Origin: Camelus dromedarius
Lineage: Eukaryota
NCBI RefSeq assembly: GCF_036321535.1
Contig: NC_087436.1
Location: forward strand, 39,434,001 to 39,498,000
Direction: 5' to 3'
Length of the DNA: 64,000 bases
Part shown: piece after piece, positions 38,785 to 52,228 of the stretch
How the letters are laid out: every line of letters begins with the position of its first letter
Numbering within the stretch: position 1 is the first letter of the stretch
Notes under the pieces: generated by a model
What the model saw: the letters and a program-made list of their open reading frames with translations, nothing else
Databases searched by the model: none
What the model was told of the DNA's origin: nothing
Translations under genes and position numbers: made by a program

Positions 38785-38963
38785 AGGAAGAGGAGTAGCA
38801 AAACAAATCCCGTTTTCTGGACTGGGCCTTATTCCCATTTATTGGAGCAATGTCCGTTGCCGAGGAGATGAAGAAAATATACTGCTTTGTGAAAAAGACA
38901 TCTGGCAGGGTGGGGTGTGCCCTCAGAAGATGGCAGCTGCTGTCACGTGCAGCTTTTCCCAGG
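38785..38963 (+). CDS. PRSS12: Neurotrypsin exon 3 (SRCR1 C-half)
   Basis: Acceptor gttcttccag|; GRGVAKQIPFSGLGLIPIYWSNVRCRGDEENILLCEKDIWQGGVCPQKMAAAVTCSFSQ; donor G|GTAAAA. 179 nt, phase 2-1. Confidence 0.95.
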
Positions 38964-39877
38964 GTAAAAAGAAATATTTATTCTCTTGTTTTACTTTTGT
39001 TGTGTTTTCAGCATGATTCAGTTAAACCATTTCCTAAAAGAGTTTAAATATGGACATCAGTCTGAATCATCATAGTCTATCTGCAGTCTAATGAAATAGT
39101 CTTCAGTAGGAGTGCATCTAACAATTGGATTTCCATTTGACTTCACTTTTAACATATTTTCTGTTTTATCTAATTTGCTGACAGGAATACTATATATGGT
39201 GTATAAAACACTTATTTTGGTAGTGGAGAATCATTATGGAATCAAGTTAAAAATAATTTTGAAGCCAAATATAAAATATGGCAACTGCAACTAAATATGT
39301 TCACTTTATAGAATGGAATAGAATTATGGTGCCAGGGTTCTCCTTTGAGTTGTAGGTAGCACATTCCACAAAACAAGTTGCTACCTTGGATAGGGGCTCC
39401 TTCTAAGCACTGTATACTAAGCATGAGGTGATTAAGGTACAGTTTCAGTGTACAAGTATGTGTATGTTCATATGAATGGAAGCTGAGGAGGGAACAGCTG
39501 CCTTTCAAAATGGCTGAGGGGTTTTCTGGGGACCATGGTTGTTTTAACATGTGACCACAACCTGATGCTACCACATTGTCACAGTATCCCTTTTTGCATT
39601 TTCCTTGGAGATGCCCCATGACCAGATATCTCAGGTCTTAGAATGCCAGCAGCCAGCCCAGGGCAATGGTTTCTGTTTGAGTGTAAGTATCAGGGGAGCA
39701 AATGAAAAGCTCCTACCTCAAAACAAAGAGACCTAGTTTAGGGTCATTCCAACAAATTGGTGGGAAGAACCAATGGAAGTGTTGCAGGATACAGTTCAGG
39801 TGTGAGCTTGGAGAGCTGCAGTCCTTTTGTGGGTGGGCAAGGTGCGTGTTAAATCTTGACGTCTTGTTAGTTTTTCC

Positions 39878-39972
39878 ATTTTTTTTTTTTTAAATGGAGT
39901 TACTGGGGATTGAATTTAGGACCTCGTGCATGCTAAGCATGCGCTCTACCACTGACCCATACCCTCACCTCC
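39878..39972 (-). mobile_element. tRNA-derived SINE (Vic-1-like, short form)
   Basis: CTGGGGATTGAA...GGACCTCGTGCATGCTAAGCATGCGCTCTACCACTGA. TSD AGTTTTTCC at 39869-39877 and 39973-39981. Confidence 0.87.
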
Positions 39973-41319
39973 AGTTTTTCCTTTTCTTCCTTTGCTCTCC
40001 ACCTTTGGGGAGTGCTACTTTTGGCAAGTACATGTTTACACATTGCTACTTCAGGAATGATGTGAATTGGGCTCAACAGCGCACTACTTTTTGTGGATTA
40101 TTGCTTGTATTCTGTGTTCGGCCTAATTGATAAAAATGTGTTTTAACATTTTTCAAGTAGTGAAGTAAGTAAAATCTTGGAAACAATCTTTTTTTCCCAG
40201 GCTCTCTACCTACTTTTTAAAAAACTCCTTCTTTTCTCTATAATCTATCCACTTGTTTATACTCTGGTTGCAAAGATAAATTTAAGGTTAGTTATAAGCA
40301 TATATAAAATATAGAAGATTGAGATAAATTAGAAGTGAGAATGAGAAAAGATGCCTTTATGGTGAATTAAATGAGGATGTAAAAGCAAATAGCTCAGGTC
40401 AGCAAACACTGAGTCTACCTTAAGGCACAGCGGTAGACCTTTAATACATTCTTTCAGTTTGGAATTTACATTTAGTGACTTGGCATCTACTACTTTTCCA
40501 ACACTTATCAAATGGAAGATCACATATGAGTACTGGATGTAGGAAATAGCAATCTAAATGAAACTGTCTGGGAGTTTTATTTATTCATAAGTTAAACCTA
40601 AGTCAAACACTTTACTGACTTCTCTTTCAGATGATCTTTTTGTGTGTTTCTTGTGGGGACGTGAGATGTTGACTGAATTTTGTCATTGAGTGTCTCTATA
40701 TTTTCACAATTCCTTATAAAACCAGTAGAAAAATTACCTGTTTGAAAATAAAGCATGACATTAAAAATGTAAGGTAATAGGTCATAACGTTTTTAGGTTG
40801 TAGGTGATTTTAAATTTCCTCTTAAAAATTTTTGTTTTTCTGTTTTCTCCAAGCTTACCATGGTGGTAGGGAAAGGGAGGCAGAGAAGAATATAATGATT
40901 TAAGAAACTTACACATTTTTTCCATAATTTTTTCTATATTTTCCAAGCTTCCTAAATGAAAATACACATAAAACATGCAAATTTAAGTTTCTTATCATAA
41001 TTTAGCCATCAGTAATTACAAGAAGCTAATATACAATGTTGAGAATAGTTATGTTTATTGAAGCTTCGTTTACCCTTTTACAAGGAAGAAGTGCCGGTGG
41101 ACTTATGTAAGAAAACTATATTACGAATATCAGAATATGAGTATCTGCAACCGTTTCACTGATCTAAGTCCCTGCTCAAGTGTGATATTTGATTATAAAT
41201 ATGAATATCCAAATACTGTTTATTGACAGCTGCTTGCACTGTGAGGAATTAGAAGCATAGTTCATGGGGATAAATGATTAGCATTTGGCAAATGGTGTGA
41301 CTAAATTTCCTAATAGAGA

Positions 41320-41730
41320 CCCTGCCTGCTCTCTACCTTTTACCATTTCACATCCTTTATTCTAGAAAAATTAGACTGCCTTGCTGTTTCCCAAACACAT
41401 ACAGCTTTGTGCTTCTGGGCTTTTGCTTATGCTGTTCACTTTGCCTGTCTGACTTCTGAAATCCCATCCATCACCTTGGCCCTCTTCGGCTACCAGCTTC
41501 ATCAGAATAGACTCCTTAACTAACCCCAATGGTGAGCAAGCACCCCTTACTTCTGAACCCCTGCAGGGTCTTTCTGATGGTCTCTCTTCTGCACTCATGT
41601 TGTCCACGTCCTGAGGTGTGAACTTCTTGTGGGTGATGTCTGTGCGGTGCCCCTTTGAATGCCTTGCACACAGCCGATGTGACACCTTGCACACAGCCGA
41701 TGCCTAGCCTAATACCTGTTTATTAAACAG
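41320..41730 (+). mobile_element. L2 remnant
   Basis: CTTGCTGTTTCCCAAACAC...GGGCTTTTGCTTATGCTGTTCACTTTGCCTG...AATACCTGTTTATT. Confidence 0.5.
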
Positions 41731-42554
41731 AATCGAATTAATAGATATTGCTAATATTTTTCCTTGTTTGAGGTATCCTTTCTAGGCTTTTCCCTATCAC
41801 CTGCCAATCTAGTCAGTCAACAAATATTTATTACATGCCTTATGTATGCTGGGTACCTGAGGTACACGGATGAAAGGGAAAGGCATTCCCTGTGTCCTCA
41901 ATTCTAGGCTGGGGGGAGAGAGAGAGGGGGGGGGGAGAGAGAGAGAGAGAAAGTCAGAAACTGACGAAGCTAGATCAGGGCATTGTAGGCATTAATAAGG
42001 ACTTTGCAATGGGAAGCCTTGGGTGGTTCTTCACAGAGAAAATGAATCTAAACTGATTCACACCAAAATGAATTTCCAATATTGTTTTTTGAAGCTGCTG
42101 GCTGTGATGTCCACCAACTTGTTGTAATGTGTTAGATGTTAATTTTGACTTGATTTCTATGAACGTAAAAATAGTTCTGTGTTGAAAACAAGTATGTTAT
42201 AGACATAAGTGCCATTCTTAATAATTACATGTTGGTAATTCTCAAGTTACTGTACATAAAAAATCAATGTCACCACCACAATACCATAAAACATCAAATG
42301 GGTTTCCAATAGCTGGAGTTTTGAGTGTGGCTTTTCTGGTTTCTGAGGTTGCTGGGGAAAAGTGAATTTAGACTATTTCCTCTTGAGAGCTATTTGATGA
42401 GTGTAATTCAAGTTGGAGTATTTTAATTGGTCGAGATGACCATAAAATATATCAGACATACGCGGGTATGGCCATATCACAGAAGTGGCTTGATGAATAT
42501 TATTTAATGATGGAGAAAGGCAAAGAAATGGAATATAGCCGATCTTGTGGCTGA

Positions 42555-42791
<237 letters not shown>

Positions 42792-43579
42792 TGAGTTTAT
42801 TATTTCCGTACGCCAAGGCAGGTGCTGTGTGTTTAAATTGCACATTTCTCTGAACAAATGGAAAAGGCCACCTTTTGATCTTTGTATGAGGCGTGTAGGC
42901 TCCCTGAAGAGAATGTCTGCTTACTCTTAGGTCTAATCCGTTTGTATCAGAATTCAGCTGATTTTCCACCCCTGAGAATCTAAGCTTTTTGCCACGTTTC
43001 ATCAAGAACTTTTCCGTAACTCCCAGGAAATGACCGGCACTGGCAGCCGTCGCGACTTATCGAAGTCATATGATGAAACTGGTTGTTAGGTTTTAACTGA
43101 AGTTCTGTTCTTCTCCCCCAGATACTGCCTCAACTTTTGACCTTTGCTTCCTTATTTGTTAGGTGTGTGCTTAAACAAAGGATGTTTATTAATGTACAAA
43201 GGAAATAATTCCTGTACAGGATCCGGAAATGAAGCACGTGTGACAGCAACACGAAAATCAACATTCCATGCTGCCTCAGTTGTGACTATTTTGAATAGTA
43301 TGTTGTAATTTTGTATCTTCTAAACCCTATCTTTAGTGATTCTGAACTTTGGTATAGCAAGCCTAGAAGTGTCTCTAAAATTGTATTAAAAAATCGTTTA
43401 AAAGTTGATATTTTACTTTAAATTTGAAAAAAATTATTTAGCACTTTCTGGGGGGTGGGGTGGGTTGATGGGGAGGCTTTTTGAGATAAAAGCTTCTCTG
43501 TCCATGTATCATTTTGTTCAATTAAGCATAATCTTTAGCCCTGAAGCATGATTTTTGAACCTTGAACCATTTATACTAA

Positions 43580-43582
<3 letters not shown>

Positions 43583-43614
<32 letters not shown>

Positions 43615-43714
43615 GTAATTAGGTTTATTTATTTTTAGAGGAGGTACTGGGGATCGAACTCTGGTCTCATGCATGCTAAGCACACACTCTACCACTTGAG
43701 CTATACCGTCCCCT
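43583..43714 (-). mobile_element. tRNA-derived SINE with (TG)n tail
   Basis: GGAGGTACTGGGGATCGAAC...CTCTACCACTTGAGCTATAC. Perfect 15-bp TSD CATTTATACTAATTT at 43568-43582 and 43715-43729. Confidence 0.9.
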
Positions 43715-46349
43715 CATTTATACTAATTTTTTGCAATTGTTTTTGCAACTGACCCCCCTCTTTTTCAAAACTGTGTTAATATTGACGTATTTTAAAGTAA
43801 AATATAGACATTTTAAGATTTTACCTCTAAATACTTCAGTATGCATCTCTTAAAGATAAGAACATTGTCCTACATAGCCCAATTATCATTCTCACAACTA
43901 ATAGAAGTGATAATCATTCTTAAACTTTCTAATACCCTGTCATATTCAAATTCCCCTAGTTGTCACCACCATGTCCTCAACAGATGGTTTGTCTGAAGTA
44001 GGATTTAGTCCAGGACCTTGCAATGCATCTGCATGTGAAGTCCCTGAAGTTTCTCTTAGTCTCGAACAGCCTCTTGTTTTCCATGACACTGACTTATTGA
44101 AGAGACTGAGCCAGTTGTTCTGGAGAATATCCTACCTCCTGAGTTTGTCTCATTTCTTCCTCTCAGTTTACTCCTCTGGTTCTTGCAACTCCTGAAATGG
44201 GAGACTTAGGTCCAAAAGCCTGGTTAGAGCAAATCAAGTATTTTGGCTAGAAATCATCACAGGTGATGTGCACTCGTCTTGCATCTCATCAGGAATCACA
44301 GAACAGCTCTGGTTTTCTCCGTTGGTAAGGATAAGATTAAACACCGGGGTAAGGTGGCATCAGCCTAATCCTTAACCGTGAGGTTACATTTCCCCCTGTA
44401 ACTGATTCTGGGACCCAACTGCTCTTTCATGGTTCATGAATGGGACAGGAACAAGCATGGAATGTCCTGTGTCCATGGGGCTTTTAATTACTGGTGGTGT
44501 ATGATCTGACTGGTATGGTCATTTTCTTTGGGTGGGTCAGGAATAGGGCCAACCAGCTCTTTTTGAGAAAACTGTTATTCATTAAGTTTTGAGACTAAAT
44601 TTTTAAAATGTTTTGACTAAGTCTCAGTTGTCAAGAACAATTTTTCTCAAATGTTTAGGTGTTGCTGTCAGAGTCGGCATAACATAAGATCATGAGCATG
44701 TGCCCTGTACTCAGAATGACCTGAGTTTGAGTCCTATTTCCAGAGATGAGAAAAATTGCAGACTATCTCTTAGTTGCAGTTTCCTCGTCTATAACATATT
44801 TCCCGTTGTAGAGGGTTTAGTGTTTAGAAAGCAACTAGCACACATGGGAAGTATATAATATACACTGACTATCATAGAAAATTTAAATGACAATTTAATT
44901 ATATCTATAGTTATAGCAGTGATTCTAAAAATTTTTGTTGTATTGTGGAGTTCTTTCTTGAGAGCCAAAGGTTTTCTTTTTCACTGATATAAACAGTTCT
45001 TAAACAAAGACCATGTTGACAAACAATTGTCTGTTACATGACAAGAGTGTGGAGCTAGAATCACAAGGAAGACTATAATAAGGTCAAACACATGTGGGGA
45101 TTCAGTGCAGTGTTTACATCTTTCTCAAGCATTGGCTCATTGCTATCTTTTGTATGAGGAGATTCATGTTCAGAAAAGTGATTAAAAGGATAAATATCTC
45201 CAGATATACAAAGCAGCAAAGATCCTCCACAAGCCTATGTAATAACCAACAATCCAGCTTGGTGGAGATTTGTTTTTATTATAAATACTCTAGGCTCTGA
45301 GCTGACATTGTTCATTTGCTTTTCTTTCACTTGATGTTTATACTTCTTTTCTTTTAAGCTTGCAGGAAAGCAATATTCTGCAACTGCTCTTCCTCTTGAA
45401 TTTGTTTTGCTCACTTAAAGTAACAGAACTTTCAGAGGAAATGTTCTTTAATGGCACACGGTTGATAGCAGACAGAATAATTGTTGCTTGTCTCAATTTA
45501 TGATTTGTTCTTAAGCAAATTTCATCTCAGCTGTCCTTGCTGTGTTGAATTCCCAAAGGGAAACTACATCATGCCTCCCTGTAGTGGTGGTTACAGTTTC
45601 TCTGTGAGATGCTGTCTTTGTTGACCCTCATCTTCTAATGGTGTCTGTAGATTTGGGTAGCTGGCAAGCTTCCTAAAACACAAAAAGAATTACTGAATTG
45701 AAGATACCTAAATTTGATTAACTGGAACTCAGAGAAAGATGAGGAGCAGGAAGGAAGGCAGCCAGATGTTAGAAAATTGAACTTGAGAATACATATGTAC
45801 AAAGTGATGTTTCAGGTGGAGACATTTGAATTGGCGTTCCTTTTGTGCACTTAATATTAAAGCATTTCCTATGTTTTGCAAAACTCTTAAAAGTGTAGCT
45901 TGGAACTGTGACATCATATTTTATTATGTGGATATGCCATAACTTACATAGGAATTTACAATTTCTGGGCACTTTTTTCTTAGCCTTTTTTTTTTTTTTG
46001 GCTATAAAATTATCATATAGAGCCATATTATCTAGTGGTCAGAATAAAAATTCTTCTGGTTTAATTTTTTAAAAAAATGTTTCTTTCTTCTTTTTCTTTA
46101 CTGTTTGTTAATTTTTAAAATACTTTATAAACATTGCCATAAAGATAATATGGTGGGTGGAATTATTGAGCAGAAAAGAGGCCTTATTTAACAAATGAGA
46201 AAGTTAGGCCTTCTGACGTTACTCAAAGCCCCCGAATCATACTGTGAATGAGGACCAGAATCTTGAGATTTATGGCCTCCAGTATAGGATTTTTTTCTAT
46301 CATGTTACATGGTTTGCAAAATAGCCAGATGTTAATAAGAATAAATACA

Positions 46350-46491
46350 GGGAAGAAGGGTATGGCTCAATTGTAGAGTGCCTGCTTAGCATGCACAAGG
46401 TCCTGAGTTCAATCCCCAGTAATTTCATTACAAATAAACAAACAAACAAACAAACCTAGTTACCTCCCCTGACAACAACAAAAGAATAACT
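46350..46491 (+). mobile_element. tRNA-derived SINE (Vic-1-like)
   Basis: TGGCTCAATTGTAGAGTGCCTGCTTAGCATGCACAAGGTCCTGAGTTCAATCCCCAG, (AAAC)n. TSD ATAAATA(C/T)AGGGA at 46341-46353 and 46492-46504. Confidence 0.87.
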
Positions 46492-48896
46492 ATAAATATA
46501 GGGATGAAAGAAATAGGGAAGTTAAGAGAGAAAAGTTAATTGCAGGAAGAAAATGATGATGAACACGTTTTAGGTAAACTGTATTTGGGGTGCTACTGGC
46601 ACCTTACTGAAGGTGCCCCAGGAGAAGGTAGGATAGCAATGTGCTTCTGAGTCAGCTCCGTAGGCAGACAGGCTTTACCAGCTAGTGGTGGTGTAATCCT
46701 GGACAAATTATTTTGCTTCTGGAACTCAGTTTCCTCATCTGTAAATTGGGACTAATAACTTGATGGGGTTGTAGGGAGGTTTAAAAGAGTGACTGCGCAT
46801 AAAGTTGTTAGACCAGAGTCTGTTGATCATTAAAAATGAATTTTTTTGTCCATGTATTACATATGTCACAAACTGATATTTGCAGTCAAAGGATCAATCC
46901 TTTATAACCTAACAAGTAATTATCCTGCACAATAGAATTGCCTAACTCTAGTCTGTGTCTATTCAAAGTAGTAGTTAAGCTGGGGGATTGAGTTAGTCAG
47001 ATGGTACTATTTGCTCTTTTTCTGTGGAAAACAAACAAACTTTATATGAGTACAATCAGATTAGCTAAATAGGTTTAGGAATGTTTTGGATAAGGATCAG
47101 ACAATGAATCAATTCCGTGTTTATTGGGGATTGCTGCTATGTATGTAGGTCAAATAGCTTTACAAAAAATAACCTAATAAATCAGTGTATTAGATCAGAG
47201 CACCCCTATTCCACAAATTTCTCTTGTGGTCATAGGGTAAGAAAGTAGGCAACACCGGGATTATTACGGCAAATGAACTGCCAGGCCTGGTGTAAGAAGA
47301 ATTTCCATAAAATGAGGACAGAGAACACACAGCTTTATCGAATTCACACAGCACTTGTTTGACTTTAACAACGCATGAGCTGTATGTTGCTTTCCCCAGT
47401 ATTACACAGTTTCTCAGATGGCCGCGTCATCCGTTTCTTTGGTGTTCTCCTGAAAGCCAGTGCAGCCCAGGGCACTAGGGAGTACTCGTGACCGGCTGAA
47501 GGAATGTACGTATTTGTAAATATTATCTTCTTGATTCTAGTAAACTTAAAACTTAGCTAGAAAACCTAGTTTGCATTACATTGTAGTTTCCTAGTTTATA
47601 TTTCTTTCTTCGTTCTCAAATTTATTATACTAGTTTTTTCTGATTATTTTAATTGAACATTTTTGTGATAATTAAAATAATGTTCATAAACAATGGAACA
47701 TATGGAAATATATAATGAAGAAAATAAAAATACCCAAGCGGTGTTTTAAGACTGCATTATAACAGAGATAACTTTCCCCAAAGTCACTGTTTGGGGCTTC
47801 TACGCTCCTATCCTGTGTCCTCCCTTAAGGAAGGGACACTGTTCAGAGGGAGATAATCAACCTTTTCCTTTTTCCTAGGACCTCTATCATATCATCTTTA
47901 ACATATTTGAAATACAATATATTTCAGTTACTCTGCCTGGCCCATCTCAGGTCACTCCCAGCTAATGAATGTTTTAGGGTTAGTTTGTTATTTTTTCGTG
48001 GTGAATAAAAAACCTTTAGTTTGTAATCTTTTAGCCTAAATATTTAGTGGAAATATATGAATGATATGTAAGAATGCATTCGTATTGTTTTAATTTGACC
48101 ATTATAAGACTGAGCATCTTACCATGTGGTCCACAGCCATGGGTATTTCTTTTGTAAATAGCCTGGTCCTCTCCATTACCCTCTTTATTTTAATGTTGGT
48201 TGTTTTGTCATTTATTATAATAGTGATAAGTGATTATTATTTATCTCTAGGAGGTTTTTTTTTTTTTTTTTGGATTGCTGTTACATTTTACAAATATTTT
48301 TACCAGCTTGTTGGTTTGCCTTTTGACTCTATGGTGTATTTTGCTATACAGTAGTTTAAATGTATGTGAGAAAGTTTAACTTTTTTAGCCTTTGTTTTCT
48401 GACTTCTGTTTTTTTTTTAAATCTTGCTCAGGAAATCCTTCTTTTTACCAAAGTTATAAGAACTATGTTCTTATTATTTCATTCTATTAACTTTTTAGCC
48501 ATCTTTCTTCCTCCCTGTCTCCCTCCTTCCCTTCTTTCCTTTCCTTCTCTTTATTTAGGTCTGTAAACCATCTGGAGTTTATTTTTTGTTTCTGTTATGA
48601 GTTTGGGGTTAAATTTTGTATTCTCTCTTATAGGTCCCTGGTTTTTTAATAGCATCTAATCTTGGCTCAGTGAATTATACCCACTGAAATTTTCTTTAAT
48701 AGATCGTTTTTCTTTCCTAGCGTTTATCTCGGGGCAAAGATCCAGGGAGGCTGTTAATCTGCCCTTCTCCTAAGCTTTCCTATCTGGCTTCCCCATGACC
48801 TACATTAGTCATCCTGTCTCCTCCTCCTCTGTTCTCCAACTTTCAGTGTTCTCTAAATCAGTTTCCATATTTGCTTTCATTAATCTCTTTCCTCTA

Positions 48897-49060
48897 GAGC
48901 AAGGGTCAACAAACTTTTTCTGTAAAGGGCCAGATCGTGAGTATTTTAGACTTTCCAGCTACTCAACTGTGCCTTTGTGTAGTGCAAAAGCTGCCACAGA
49001 CAATAAGTTGGGAATGAGTGTGGCTTTGTTCCCATGAAACCTTATGTTTGGACAGTAAAA
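48897..49060. mobile_element. MER58-like hAT element
   Basis: CAAGGGTCAACAAACTTTTTCTGTAAAGGGCCAGAT...CTACTCAACT...AAAGCTGCCACAGACAATA. Confidence 0.75.
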
Positions 49061-49677
49061 TCTAACTTACATATGTGAAAATTACATTCTTGTTTTGGCT
49101 GTAAATTCTCAAGATAGTTATAATGTTATGAGAAAAGGGCAACTTAAGTAATGGGAAATAGATACAGTATCATTGAAAAACAAACTAAAAATAAAAATGT
49201 TCTAGTCTAAAAATTAAAAGGCTAAAAGAGGCTGAAAATGCAATTTCTGAAGTCATTAATCACTTTGACAGGCAGTTACAATCTTCAATGAAATCTGGAA
49301 TTCTAGAATATGGTACTTCTTTGACTAGTGGGAGAAGTAAATTTAGTACAATTAAATTTGAGTGAAGAGATATTTGGTGGTATTTCCAGAGAACTGAAAA
49401 TAAGAGTGGCTTAAACAAGACAAGGGTTTATTTCTCTCTCAAGAGACCAGAGATAATCAGCTTATGGCTGGTATGGTGGTTCCACAGTCATCAGGGCCTC
49501 AGGCTCTTTCGTGCTTACTGTTCTTTCATTCTTAAGTGTGGTACCTTATGGACCAAGACAGCTTCTCAAGCTCCAGCCATCACCTCTGCCTTACAGTCAG
49601 CAGGAAGGAGGGAGTGGAACATAGATAATTCCTGGAAGTGATACATGACACTTTTACCTAAATACCTTAATTATCTA

Positions 49678-49832
49678 AAATGGGTACCGAGTTTCAGTTT
49701 GGGGTGATTTAAAAGTTCTGGAGATGGATGGTGGTGATGGTTGCACAACAGTGTGAATGTACTTAATGCCACTGAATTGTCCACTTAAAATGGTTAAAAT
49801 GGTACATTTTATGTTATGCATATTTTAAAACA
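49678..49832 (+). mobile_element. L1MB-like 3' end inside an older MaLR remnant
   Basis: AATGGGTACCGAGTTTCAGTTTGGGGTGAT...AAAAGTTCTGGAGATGGATGGTGGTGATGGTTGCACAACA. Confidence 0.75.
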
Positions 49833-50162
49833 AACTATGTCAGCTGGAAGGAAGGGAGGGTGGGAAATGTGATCTTTATACTGGAGAGCCATTGTCTTCC
49901 TAAAAATCGGAGGTTCCATTACTAATGAAGAAAAGGAGAGTAAATATTGGAGAATAACTAGCAGCCTTTGAAAGATTTCTCATGGCCAGAAATATAAAGG
50001 GCAACAAACAAAAAAAAAAAAAGAGAAATTGCACAAGTCGTATGTGACCTATGGAGTGAATTGATAAGGGGAAGTATGGATTAATCATGATTTTGGAAAG
50101 TATGGATTAATCATGATTTAACATTTGCTGGTAAGAAAACATATGTTCTTATGTTTGTTCAG

Positions 50163-50341
50163 TGGCATTGCCAAAGCATGGAGTCAGGCGTATTTTGGGG
50201 AAGGAACTGGCCCAGTAATGTTGGATGAAGTGCGCTGCACTGGCAATGAGCTTTCTATTGAGCAGTGTCCAAAGAGTTCCTGGGGAGAGCATAACTGCGG
50301 TCATAAAGAAGATGCTGGAGTGTCCTGTACCCCTCTAACAG
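50163..50341 (+). CDS. PRSS12: Neurotrypsin exon 5 (SRCR2 C-half)
   Basis: Acceptor tttgttcag|; (S)[59 protein letters not shown]; donor G|GTAGGA. 179 nt, phase 2-1. Confidence 0.96.
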
Positions 50342-52086
50342 GTAGGAGTTCCACCCCACTAATCTACTAACTCTTGACCCCAGCATTATTTGGGCTTACC
50401 TTCCCTTCTCCTCAGTTTAGGTAATATTACTGAATGAGCATACACATGAATCCCCCAGATAAAACTTTAAAATGCAATTGTACCTTAAAATGCTGTCTCC
50501 CTATTTCATAGATGTTTCTGAATTTTTGATTTAAGGCTACACTGTCCTCCTAAGCTAGATCAGAAAATATGATTTTATTGTAAGATATAGTACTAGTCAA
50601 AATCAATAGTCAAAATCAGTGTAATGATAAATTTGGGGTATTAGGTATTATAAAAGTTTAATCCATTTATCTGTTAACTTGCCTCGACTCTCAGAATGTA
50701 TTTATAACTGGTAAAACTGTATGGATGGGATTATTGTTTAAAGCACTTCATTAAAGAACCAAGTTACCTTTGCTGTGCTCAATATTCAGACTATGCCAAA
50801 CTGTAGTGTGCTTGTCAAGATACGTCATGTGTTACAAGACAGGAGTGTCTGAGTGCAAATGAGCATGTGTGAATGTACGTATGTTTTAGGGGAAGAAGAG
50901 GGAAAAGGACAGGCAAGAGAAGTTGGGTCATTACAAATTCATTGTTTCTACAGTAAAAAGAGCTTGAAGAAAAAAATTTGGGGGTTTAATTTTACTTTAG
51001 GAAAATCAAATGAAATACTTCTTAGGGCTTGTGAAATACCGAGGTTCTGCTTTTTCATTTACATAGTTCTATGTACACTGTTGTTTTTATTAGAATGACA
51101 CATTTATATAAGATAGAAATATAAAATTTACACCAGATTTTAAGCCAGAGCACTTCATCTTCTTGAGCCTCCATTTCCTCCTCTTTCAAATGAAGATAGT
51201 CTTGTCCTGTCACTGTAATGATCAAATAAGGTAACGCTTTTGTAACAGTGCTTTGCAGACAGTAAAGTGTTACATTAATAAGTGTTTCTGTTGCTAGAAG
51301 ACCTTCATTTACCTTAAGAGATCCCAGAGATTCATGAAAAGTATGACCTTAACACAGGATTATTCATACGTTTCATTTGGGGGCTTATTAGGTTATTTTG
51401 GGTGAAAATAGCTTTTAAATATACTTTTTGGGGAATAAATTTACTGTATTGTGTATCTGCTTCGAAGCTTTATATGGGGTTCTCTGGAAATTATTCATTG
51501 AATTCACAAGATTCAAATTCAGATCTGTATTATCAGTAAAAGAACAAGGGTGAAGCATGTATCCCAGTTTTTATAATTCATGAATGCCTAAGGAATAATA
51601 CATGCATTGATATTATAAATCACTCTTTAAGCAGAACAGCTTATTCTGTCTTCATATTTCAGTGTTTTTTCCTTTACAGTTAAAATTTTGAACTATTTCC
51701 CAGTTACTGTGTTTTTTTTACTCTTTAAATTTAAATGACTGGTATCACTCATACTTAAAAAGATTGAAGCTATAGGAAATTTCCTAACATTATTTAATCC
51801 AGGGAAATGTAAATAACTACCTTGAAATTATCAAAATATATTTTTCTACTTAGAAAGTAAGAGTACAAATAAAAAGGAAAGAATATTTGTTAGGATCAAT
51901 ATGTGTTATGACTTACTTCTGAAACACTCCAGTGATCTCGGATCATTGAGCGCAGTTCTAATGTAAGTTTAACAAAAGGCACAGAGAGAGATCTGAGTAG
52001 GGTGATGTTTCTCTTGAAATTAAAATGTTGTTTTACCTTCTTTGGATAATTATTTGCTTAGTCTCTGTGTCTCCTTCTTGTCACAG

Positions 52087-52228
52087 ATGGGGTCATCAGA
52101 CTTACAGGTGGTAAAGGCAGCCATGAGGGTCGCCTGGAGGTGTATTACAGGGGACAGTGGGGGACTGTCTGTGATGATGGCTGGACTGAGCTGAATACAT
52201 ATGTGGTCTGCCGACAGCTGGGATTTAA
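52087..52228 (+). CDS. PRSS12: Neurotrypsin exon 6 (SRCR3 N-half)
   Basis: Acceptor cttgtcacag|; (D)[46 protein letters not shown](K); donor AA|GTAAGG. 142 nt, phase 1-2. Not captured by the ORF track. Confidence 0.95.
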
